A stretch of DNA of 64,000 nucleotides from Macrostomum lignano (lineage: Eukaryota). The notes beneath the pieces are model-generated. The model made no database searches, had not been told where the DNA came from, and saw nothing but the letters and a program-made list of their open reading frames with translations. Location of the stretch: the NCBI GenBank assembly GCA_002269645.1, contig NIVC01001765.1, forward strand, positions 1 through 64,000. The letters run 5' to 3'. The translations under genes and the position numbers were made by a program. Positions 1 through 27,000 of the stretch are shown in pieces. The number at the start of each line of letters is the position of its first letter. The first letter of the stretch is position 1.

Positions 1-15974
<15,974 letters not shown>

Positions 15975-16664
15975 GACATTTGGCAATCGATAGTCCCGGT
16001 AACTAAAATGAGACTAATAATTAATGTTTATAATAGTATTTAAACAGTATTGCCAAATTTTGAGCTATAACTTTCCGAACTTCTTTGAGAACTTTATTTC
16101 TCTAAAGCTAAAAAATGTTGGCTCCTGCTTTTGAGCTTTGGCTTAGTCAAACTGATAACGTTATCGGTTGAACATACGCTCGTAAAAAATACAAAACTGG
16201 GCCTTTGCGTGCTCCTGTATCCCTAGCCTATGGCTTAAGAGTGTTGATTAAAACAAGTTATGATGTTCCAAGCCAGTTATTGCGATAAAGAATTACACTG
16301 CTCAGGCGCTAAAAAGGATGCGTAATAAAAAATTGTTTAAATATTTCAGCTGCATAGAAATTGGCGTCCCAACAAGGGTCTAAGCAGTGCCAAGATTGAT
16401 CTAGATGGTGCATGGTAAGATAGGCGAAAATTGCACAATGATTGTTTAAAAAGCGACAGGATCGACACAAAGCGACATCATGGCTGACTAGATCACGGTC
16501 AGGGTGAATACTTTTTAATGTCCAGCAGTATATACGTTAATAGATATGTAGATAGGTATTTGTTGTTGGATATATACTATCAATATCCTCGCTTTATACG
16601 TTAAGATCTTATCGGTTGCTAAATGAATTCTGTCATTTTTTGCATCAATCATGTCGCTTTTTAA

Positions 16665-17830
16665 GACGTTCTCTGACTGTTTTTACCCTGGCTGCCTCTC
16701 TGGTAGCTTGTCTAAGGGTTGTGCGCAATCCGATTGGCCTGGCTTCGGCTAGCCCAATTTCTAAGGGTCCGCCCTGGAGGGGCTGTGCCCATTCTAAAAA
16801 TAAACCTTTTTCATTCCAATTATTTCGGCCCTCGGCCTGGGTTTAGGGGGGGGTGTACCTGGCGTGAGTGTGTACTCTGGACTGCAGTGTAGCTAGAACG
16901 GGACTTGAGCCCCCCGGTCGCACCCGCCCTGCAGGAAAGAAGAACCATTCACAAAGGTGTACGGTAGAGCCCAGTAGCATGTCAGCCCTGAGGCTGAGCC
17001 CCGGGTAGCAGGCTTGGGAAACCTGCGGGTTGGGTTCAGGTGCTCCTCCCATTGTTTTTATTGTTTTTATTCCCTTTAATGTACGCACTGGCAGTGCCTG
17101 CCACTAAAACCGGCTTAGTGCCACTCTAACAAACCTGGAGTTTTGAGCGCTGCCCTCCCTGCCCGGTTTATCTTGCTCCGACCTTGGTCCATCTGCTGGC
17201 TCCTCTGGCTGTCTCCCTGCCCTTGTGTCTTGGCTCTCATCCTGACAGTGGACTGGAGTTCTGGGGAATGAGTTCGTCCCGAATCGAGGATACCGGCTGA
17301 GTCCGGGTCCTCTTGCGCCTTGTGCCCCTTTCCCGACCCCTTGGCCTTCCAATCTAAAGCTGGATAGGTGATACCCTTGTGGCTTGCAGCCCTATAGGAG
17401 GGTTTTTGTTCTTTTACCTCTTGATAGGAGACTCGCCCTTGGAAACAAGCCTTCCAGCCAAACTCCTAAGTCCCAAACCATTGCTTTTCCGTAGACTTCT
17501 GGAGTTTCCCCGCTCTCGGACCGCTCTTAGTAGCAATCTAAGCTTTTTCAAACATTTTTCGCGCGCACTCCCGAGGACTTGTCTGCTGGGGGGTGGTCTG
17601 GGTGGACTCGGTCCTAGCACCGTCCCTGATTCCACTGTTGGGTTGGCGGTGCCTTAGTCCATAGGCTTGGGTTAGTAGTGGTTCACACCCAGCCCTAGCC
17701 AAGACGTTAGGGTCTAACCAAGTCTAGTGGGTATCTCGGGCTTAGGCCCCTGGAAGTGCCCATCAGCGGCAGAGCCCCTCCCAGGGCTGATCCGCGGGTA
17801 GCAACAGCTCCCACCCCGTTTAACAGCAAC
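16665..17830 (-). other. Unidentified, GC-richer, left-arm-specific insertion, possibly a degenerate retroelement 5' fragment
   Basis: No counterpart in the mirrored right arm, which runs from 47221-47280 via 47281-47454 to 47455. It holds only short low-complexity ORFs (17414-17635, 17104-17352) with no recognisable domain. Confidence 0.4.
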
Positions 17831-20008
17831 AAGCCTTGACACCTCAGCAGTTCCGCTGAATCCTGACATCTCAGCAATCCCCCGTAAGCCTTGGCATCTT
17901 AACAGTTCTTCCCAAGAGTCACAGCATTACAGCAATCCTAGCAGTTACCAATTAATCGGTGATTTTCAAAGCGACGCTTCTTTTATTTTGATCTGACGCT
18001 CCTGTTTCTTATTCATTTTGTTGATTTCTTTTAAAAAGCTTTAAATAAAAACAGATTATACAACTAAGATTCGAATCCCGGTCGCTGTATTAACAGTTCA
18101 GTCCGTTCACTTCCAGGCAAGCTCTCATCTAGTTGATGGCATGGGCTGTGAAACTTATAATTCGACACTCACACCAAATCGGTTAAAGTTTAAAGTCATG
18201 CAAAGCAGTTATAATGTAATCGATTTCTCAGTCAATCAGTATCAGTCTCACATAAAAGTTAACAATATGGTTACGCAATCTCAATCAAGTGTTTTAACTA
18301 GATGATAACTCATTTGGGCTAATTAAGATAATACTTACCAAATTGGGAAAACACATGGTTGACTGGTACAAAATTTGTCTATTTGGGATATTCAATGATC
18401 GATTTTATTGTATCATGTATTTTCACAAAAATACGCACAACTAGCAGACTGGAAGACCTAAAAGTAAGTTCTAAAAAATTAATGAATTTTCAGCCGATCC
18501 CACTTATTGGTCGCAGCTGTAAGGAAGGCTAGAGCAATGGAGACTTTGAATACAGCTTGCAGCAAAGTAGGAGACCAGAGACTTTTCAGAGACTTGAAAC
18601 ACTGGAACAGTTTGGATAGCTTGTGAGAGATTAAGAGAGATTAGAAGAGACTGGGAAAGATCTGAAGAACCGTGGAGAAATTGGGAGAGACCGGGGAACA
18701 GGAGAGACTGGGAGAGATAGGAATATTTTTAAATTGATCAGTAAAAATAAATATATTGAAGCAATAGGACCTTGCTTTGATATGTGCAAGTCTTTATTCA
18801 TTCGTACATTTTCCTATCCAGTTGTCAATTGATTAACGAATGGATTTTTAAATGAATTAAGATTAAATTAGAATAAAGTATAAACTTGTTCACAGGGGCG
18901 TCGCCACCGGAGGGGGGACAAGGAGGACATGTCCCCCCCCTCAGTAAAAGCTATGGGGACATGACAATGCTTTGTCCTCCTCCATCCCACCTTGTGACCT
19001 GTTGTGGAGAGAAATAATTATGTTTCAGGGCGCTTAAATATAGCACATATAATGAGCTAAAATGAGTGCCTGTGGCGCTAAAATGAGTGCCTGCAGCGCT
19101 AAAATGAGTGCCTGCGGAGCAAAAATAAGTGCCGGGGCGCCAAAATGAGTGCCTGTGGCGCTAAAATGAGTGCCTGCGGAGCAAAAATAAGTGCCGGGGC
19201 GCCAAAATGAGTGCCTGTGGCGCTAAAATGAGCGCTGGCAACACCGATTCTCAAAATATTGTACATGGAGGAATTTAGTCATGTCATGTACATGTAAAAT
19301 TCTTTGCTTTGTCTCTCCACCGTAAAATCCATGGCGACGCTCCTGTTTGTTGATATCGATAGCATAGCCCTGGTCGACAATTGATGGCCCCATGTTTGAA
19401 ATTCCGGCGGTTTGCATCGTCAGCAAAGTAGCTCGTAGTTTATGGCATTCTGACACCCTGCCGTTGGCTCTGACTAAAAAGAACAGTCAACCACAACAGG
19501 CTTTATTAACGTCAGTGTACTGGCTGAATGTGACTCTAAATTGAATTGGGTCACTGTGGAAAACATTTGATTGAGATTGCGTAACCATATTGTTAACTTT
19601 TATGTGACACTGATATTGATTGACTCAGAAATCGATTACATCATAACTGCTTTGCATGACTTTAAACTTTAACCGATTTGGTGTGAGTGTCGAATTATAA
19701 GTTCCACAGTCCATGTCATCAACTAGATGTTAATACAGCGACCGGGTTCGAATCTTAGTTGTAAAATCAGTTCTTATTTAAAGCTTTTTTAAAATAAAAA
19801 TCAACAAAATGAATAAGAAACAGAAGCGTCAGATTAAAATAAAAGAAGCGTCGCTTTGAATATTACCGATTCATTAGTAACTGCTAAGATGTCGATTCTC
19901 GGGGGATTGCTGTAATGCTTTGACTCTTGGGGAGAACTGTTAAGATGCCAAGGCTTACGGGGGATTGCTGAGATGTCAGGACTCAGCGGAACTGTTGAGG
20001 TGTCAAGG
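17831..20008. repeat. Pair of ~450-bp inverted repeats (17831-18296 and 19561-20008), two copies of a dispersed repeat family with degenerate ~28-bp internal subrepeats
   Basis: aagccttgacacctcagcagttccgc...ctcaatcaagtgtttt at 17831-18296 is the reverse complement of aaaacatttgattgag...gtgtcaaggctt at 19561-20008. Only the second copy has a mirror counterpart (about 44565-45015). Confidence 0.85.
18893..19345. mobile_element. MITE-like element (probably hAT-related) containing a 21-bp minisatellite (~8 units)
   Basis: 14-bp TIRs CAGGGGCGTCGCCA (18893-18906) and TGGCGACGCTCCTG (19332-19345); flanks CTTGTTCA and TTTGTTGA match 6/8, as a decayed 8-bp TSD would; no ORF. The superfamily assignment is inferred from TSD length and the CAGGG terminus. 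Confidence 0.7.
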
Positions 20009-21079
20009 CTTACGTCGATGATGGCTGCGATGTACAGGCTAATGGGGGAATGGGGAGATTGATGAGATGCCAAGACTGAAAGGTCAGAAGCTACATGTAG
20101 TTTAGTCAATAATTTTTATTTCATCCCTTGTAAGCTTCTTAACGGTGGGCGCTGATTTCTGGTACTGAATCTCTAATTGCAACATTGAAAAGTCGTCACT
20201 CTATGCGCCAGTGAGAACTTTCTGTTGGACTATTCTGAAATAAAAGATGCGAGAAAACTGATCGGGGTAGCTTTAATCCGTCCAACCCTCGCACACCGCT
20301 CCCCTCACTTCATTCCTCAACTCAAGTCTGCCGCAGTGTAGCTAAGTTGCGTCACTCACAAAGATTGAGAGACTTTACCTGCACTCTCAAAAGTGGCGAC
20401 CACAGATGGAATCTTCTGTGATGGCAACTTTTCGATGTTGCTGAGTATATGTCTGTCCGTGTGCAATGCTCCACAGACTGATAGCCTCAACCAATTTAAC
20501 CGCGTTTTGACTAAGAAATTCAAATCAGTCCAAGATTTTTTTAGTCGTTTCTGTCTTCCGTTGAGAGATTTTCAAGGCGGTAAACACAATACCCGCGTTA
20601 TTCGATAGGCAGTTTTAAGAATGCGGTACATTTGAAAGTTTCAATTGATTATTTTTTAAATCAGCAAAGGGGTTTATTTTGGGTACGTGAACCTCGACTT
20701 TATCTTCGCTCCTCAGGCGCTCATTCTTTAACTTTAATCAGCTAATAGATTCCTACGGGTTAAATTACAAGTTTCGATCAGCCACTTGACCATGCAATTT
20801 TTCAGATAAGCAATTCAAAGTATTCTTTCATCCATGGAAGTGACAATCAAAATGCGGGCGTAAAGGTCTGTGCTTCATCCCACAACGGTCTTTTGAGCCT
20901 TGTTTGCTTTTGTTCGAAGCTTTCTAAAAAAATTAATTGTTTTCATGTGTGCACCCACGGCTTTGTTCATTTAAATTCGAAGTTACAAGTGTTAAACGTA
21001 AAAATCGACTTGTTTACAAAGAATCAAAAGTGCACCGAAAAGTCAACGTCAAATGTCAAATTGGCGTGTCCAGAGTCAG

Positions 21080-24000
21080 CTAAACCAGCACCTCCCGGTA
21101 GACGGACGAAGCCAGGCCGGCCTCGCTGATGGCCGAAAGCCTGACGAACAGCCTCTGCTTGCTCGGGTCGATGGCCTTCAGCAGCAGACTCGGCTCGCGG
21201 GTCTCCAGCCAGCGCTGAAGGTCGCCAGCTGCCGGCTTGGTCTCGACCGTCACTTCGAACAGCAGCGAGCTGTCGGAGCGGAACATCCCGGACCAGTCCA
21301 GCAGCAGCTGGCGCTTAGCGGGGTCGAAGCTGACTTGCCACTGCCTGCCTGTGGTGCGGTTTGCGGGTTTAGGTTTGTGCTTGCATTTGGGTTTGTGGTT
21401 GCATTTGGGTTTGTGGTTGCATTTGGGTTTGTGGCTGCATTCGGGTTTGTAGTTGCATTTGGGTTTGTGGTTGCATTTGGGTTTGTGGTTGCATTTGGGT
21501 TTGTGGTTGCATTTGGGTTTGTGGCTGCATTCGGGTTTGTAGTTGCATTTGGGTTTGTGGTTGCATTTGGGTTTGTGGTTGCATTTGGGTTTGTGGTTGC
21601 ATTTGGGTTTGTGGCTGCATTCGGGTTTGTGGTTGCATTTGGGTTTGTGGTTGCATTTGGGTTTGCGGTTGCATTTGGGTTTGTGGTTGCATTTGGGTTT
21701 GTGGTTGCACTCGGGTCGAACTCGGAATTGAAAACAAGTCACAATGTCCACTCTTACCAGTCAGCGCTGGAAACTGCGAGTCCACCGAGAACTCGCGCTC
21801 AACAATGCTGCTCAGCTTCCCCAGAGCGTTCACGGCTCGCACCTCAGCTCGGTAGCGCTGCCCGCTCGCTAGCGACAGACCGTGCAAAGCTGCCGCCTGA
21901 ACGAAGGCGCCCTTCACCCGAGTCCAGTCCGGCACTACGGCGTTTCGAGTCACTTCTCTCAGTCGAATATCGTAGTCTCGAATCGGAATTCGATCGGTGA
22001 AGCCGCTCCAGCTCAGCTGCAGGTCTGTGGCGTTACCGAGCACGGAATTCGTTTGACCGAATGGCGTGACAGAGGTGCTGAGCAGTCGCAGCTTCGCGTG
22101 TGCCGCATCGGGAGCTCCGTTGTAGATGAGCACGCCTGCTGATATGCTGAAATGGTATTCGAGTTTTAAGCATGTCATCCTGCTGCGATGCACCTCTGAA
22201 CCGACTGTGACTCACCCTGTAGACACCAGTCCGACTCCGTTCGAGCACCTCACCAAGCTGAACACTCGCTGGCCGAGAAGCTTCTCGGGCTCGTTGATGA
22301 GCCGTGTTGCTGACAGCTGGCCCTGTGCCAGCTTCACATACTCCGCTACGTCGCAGGTTACTGCAGAAGTTCCCGAGCACCAGAAGCACTCGCTCAGTCC
22401 CGACTCCGGATCCTCGACTCCGAATCGAACGGACAGCTCGCGCGCATTTTCCTGCAGATCGGTGTGGCCAGCGCTTGAGCTTCCGTCATGCACAAAGTCA
22501 AAGGCCGGCGGAGTCAAGTCGATCAGGTCGGGTTGCGAGTGGAAGAGTCGCGGAATTCCGGCACCGTTGATAGCCAGCACCGACACGTAGACATTGATTC
22601 CGTGAGTGAGCCTCACATCCGCCTTTGCCTCGTTGGCCGGTCCGAGCTGAGTAAACGGCAGAAGCTGCGTCCCACCACGAACTGTTCCGATGACCCATAG
22701 AACTTCGCTGATGCCACTCTCGGAATCAGAGACGTCCCAACTGGCGTGCACAGTGCCGCTGTCTCTGACGCTCACCGAGTCCACATGAACGGGTGCAGCA
22801 GTTGAGTTGTAGTCAGCAATTCCCACGTTGAGCACGGATACTGAGACCATGTCGATGGCTGACGATTGATATTGAACTTTTTGTGAAGAGGCAAAACTAA
22901 AGCATAAGCAAAACAAATGAAACAAATGACTAACGAGAGGAAACTCACCCAGACCGGTGTGAGGTGACAGGGACTCAATGGAAACGGTTGATTCCGCTGA
23001 CTCGGCAGTAAAGTAGAATATCTGCTTGTACCACTCTACACCGGAGCTCACTCCGCCTAGATCGGTGAACAACCGGAACGTCTGCAGCATTCCCGGACCC
23101 GAGACGAGACCGCCGACCGTAACTGATAGCGGGTCAGAGACGGGAAGATGAGACGCAAACAGTTGCATCCGATATCGACGTCCAGCTTCGGTTGTCAAAG
23201 TCTGCGATACCCGACCGAACAGCAGCAGCACAGATTCTCCGTCCACGGCCATGGAATGTCCAATGCGGACTGCGATCGCTCGACCATCTTGCAAAGTCCA
23301 GCGTGGCGAAACAGACTCGAGTCCAGCTAGAACTATGTGGCTGAGTGGCGCTGAGCTCGGAGGTCGGAGCGCTCCTTCTTCGAAGCTCGGGTTACCGACA
23401 TTAATCGACCGGTGTCCAATTCGGTTTGCCGCAATAGCCGGTGTCGTGTCGATAGTCACTCCAGGAGAAGTGATTGACTCTGAGCTGCGATTTGCCGCGT
23501 CGACCGCCTTTGCACGGCAGAAATAGGTGCTTCCATGATGCCAAGGTCCTTTCCAAGTAGCTCTCTGCTCGAACTTAACATTCTTCCAGTCGGCGATGTC
23601 GCATTTGCTGGCATCATTGCTGGAAGTAATGCAAGCAGAGTACGACTTGATGTAGGATTCTCGATCAAAGAAGCTGTGCCAACTGCATGAAAGAGTCGTT
23701 TGGTCGCTTGAGTACTTTGAGTTGCTGTGACCTGTGAGAAATTGTTTATCTTGATTGAACTTGTTTAGGATGATACTATAAATAGTTAGATAAATAATTT
23801 GGGTTGACATAGGCAACTTACCAATACTATTAAACACCAATCCTGTAGACGGATTATCCAAGTCCAGTATGAACCCATCAGATGATACCGAAACAGAGAG
23901 TCCGTTCTCATCGAGAGCGGTCACGGTAGAAAAGTACCGTTGACCTGGCTCAAGTTGCAGCCCATTGAATGTATAGGTGATGTTTCCAGGTGGTATGACG

Positions 24001-27000
24001 ACGTTTGCAACATCGTCCATTCCGATCTCACTGCCAATAGACACGCGGAATGTCAGCGGCGGTGCTTCGTTTAGACTCGTGAACTTATTTCGCCACCCTA
24101 CAGTCAGACTGTCATTACTGGTTATGAAATCGGTATCCCGTCGACTATCTGGTGACAACAGGTCCTTGACGCCGACACCGTAGTGTCGATTCACTCGCGG
24201 AAAGGTCGGGTTGACCAGTACACCGTCCGAGCTGAACACGACGTACGTGTTGTGATCAAACCAAGCCCGAACAAACACCTTGTATGATCTAAATACATTG
24301 AGGCGACGCCCAGCTGTGATATTCAATGCCAAGAACGTCCTTAGACCGACGTCATGCCATACACGCTCGTGAACAGCGTCGTAGATACCCTTCGGCTCAC
24401 TGTACTCAGCCAGACCTGCACTCACTTCATAACGAACAGGTGGTCGTCCCATTGCTCGACGGACTCGCCAAGTCGCTGCCAACAGAGACCTAGTCGGAGT
24501 TGTTTCTGCATCAGTTTGAGATTCTCCTCGAGGACCGAAGGCGGACACATCTAGAACCTCTACTTCGTTGTCGACGTTATCCACTACATCGACGGCTCGA
24601 CACTCAGTTCCTCGGCAGGTCTGATGCTGCGGAGCGCACGAGCAGTGCCCGTAGCAAGTAGCTGCGCCAGCACACCGACGAAGGAGCCACAAGTGACCAC
24701 TTTCCAGCACGGACAATGCCGCTTGAACTGGTTGACTGTGGAGACCGGCCTGAATCAGTAAATTACACACTTTCAAGTTTAAATAGTAGCTTCACAGTAA
24801 ATATCCAACTGACTATTACCTTGTTGACTGCAACAATGTGCACAATCAAGGACGTGCCCTCAGTTAGACTTCTCTTCAGTTCAAAGCTGGCCATCTGAAT
24901 TGGACCTTCGTGAGGATTTAGCGGTAGACCAACTCCTTCGTCACTGTGCGGAACCTCTGTGACCTAAATAACAAAAACAGGCAATGCAGTTTTGTGATAA
25001 CTATTTCGCGGTAACTTTAAAATTCTTTGTGGTTCACAACCTACCGACAAAAGCTCCGATCCGAACCATGTTGTGCCCATCTGAATGGTGTAGCGATTGA
25101 TTCCCGAGTGAGGATCGTGGAATCCCACCCAGCTGATGTTGACTTCGTTTCCGTCCCAAGTGAGGCCATCCTCGATGTGTCTGCCCAGCTGCACGGCCGA
25201 CTCTGTCTCGGCGGCTACGTGTCTGTGATCGGAGGCGAAGTGTCCACAGCCACTGAGGCCGTCTGACGAGTGCATGCGTCCGCCAGGTTGCACGACACGA
25301 GGTGAACAGTGTAGTTGGCTCCGTCTTTCAGATCGAGATCGCCGAATGTAAAGTTGCTCAGCAGACCAGGAATCTGCGATGTCAACAAGAGGTGCGCAGC
25401 ATTAGTTTACGTCTAAAAATTGAATAAATCAGCTGCAAAACTAGGTCAGATACCTTTACGGGCTCGAACGTCACTCGTCCGTTATCATGGTTAGACAGAG
25501 AGATCCAGTGTTCTTTGATGCCGCTCTCCTTGTCAAAGACGCTCCACTCTACCACCATGATGTCGTCCAGGACGAGCCAGTTCGGCTCAATCTGACCGAA
25601 AGTCTCGCTTGCTGAGAGAGCAGTCTCGATCTCGGGAGGTGTGTCGTCAATCAGAAACTTGCTCGACTCAGTCAATGTCGTAAGACCTAAATGGTTGTAA
25701 AAATGTTATTCAAATCTTTAGCAAAGTTTAGCACGATCGACGCTATGATTGCGTCATGCCCGCCGCTCACCTGCTTTATTCACAGTTTCCACAAACACCT
25801 TTAGACGTATGCCCGTTGGCAAGCTTCCAGAGTGTCGCACAAACTTCCTTTCGAAAGTTTTGATCCAGGCTATAACATCCGGCGAGTCAGACTCTTCGCG
25901 ACCGACTCCCCAACGGTGATATGCAATGTCGGACTCTGGATCGTTGAAACCGTATAGCGAAAACTCTAGCGATGAGCTACACATGTAAAAGTACAGCATG
26001 CATGTTTAGGCTATGAGTGGCTTTCAGCGTATCAAGTCATTATGATAAAATTGTTACTAAAAACACATTTACTCACCTTGATCGCAGGTACTGTTGGTTT
26101 GCGTCGCTTGAACCAATCAAGATGATTCCGTTCAACGGAGGTGTGGAATCCAAAATGACACCATCGGAAGACGCCACAGAACAGAGATCCCCCGCGTTGC
26201 AGCCTTTGACATTGACAAAGTACCTCTGTCCAGGTTGCAAACGCAGGTGGTCAATCTTTATACCTGAAGTAAGCAAAGTACGTCTGTATTCTTTGTTTAG
26301 AGTTAGTAATGAGCATAATTAGCTTCGTTTGACTTACTGTGTCGAACACCGACGTGAAGATACGGCATCACGTCTTGGCAACCTGGACATGATCCGATCG
26401 CCACCGAATAGTCCCTCACGTGACTGTGAGGATCATGGAAGTCGGTCCATTTTGCTGAGATGCCGTCCATATTGAACCGAAAGTTACAGTCGGTGCTGTT
26501 TGATACGGTCGGGTCGATATCGATCACCGATCCAGCTACTGGTGGACTTCTGTCTACGAGCACTGGCTTCGAGTGGTCGCTCGATATAAGTCCGGCAAAG
26601 TTCTCAGCTCTCAGCAGCACCCAGTAGTGCTGTCCGTCTCTGGAGTATGACAGCTGCTTGGTTGTCCACCAAACACACTCGCCATCTGATTCAGTGTACG
26701 GAATGACATCAGGACGACCGGGCGAAGATCCGAGACCGACCCAGTAGCGACGAATGCCCGCGACGGGGTCAGAGAATCTACCGTTCCAGCAACTTCTTGG
26801 CCATTGCTGTTCGAGATTACATGCCGCAGACCCACAGAGATAGCTGCTGAGTGATTGGACTTAGGACCGTGCAGCACCACTCGGATCGACCGGGGCTTTG
26901 ACCGACTCTCGCGACCGATGAAGTCGACAGCTGGAGCATAAGGCACAAGTCAATAGAAGCTCAGTAGTTTATTTGCGAAATTCAATTCTTCACTTACCTC

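Noticed and set aside
18540-18720. Purine-rich degenerate GAGACT repeats
   Set aside because: Low-complexity sequence present in both arms with no element boundaries.
21053-22000. 315-aa plus-strand ORF with hydrophobic VAFGFV repeats
   Set aside because: Antisense translation of the intronic 18-bp minisatellite.
22212-24776. 854-aa ORF as a single exon, or a hydrophobic retained-intron membrane anchor (GEFPLVSHLFHLFCLCF)
   Set aside because: The ORF reads through two GT-AG introns that happen to be in frame in copy 2; the equivalent introns break frame in copy 3.
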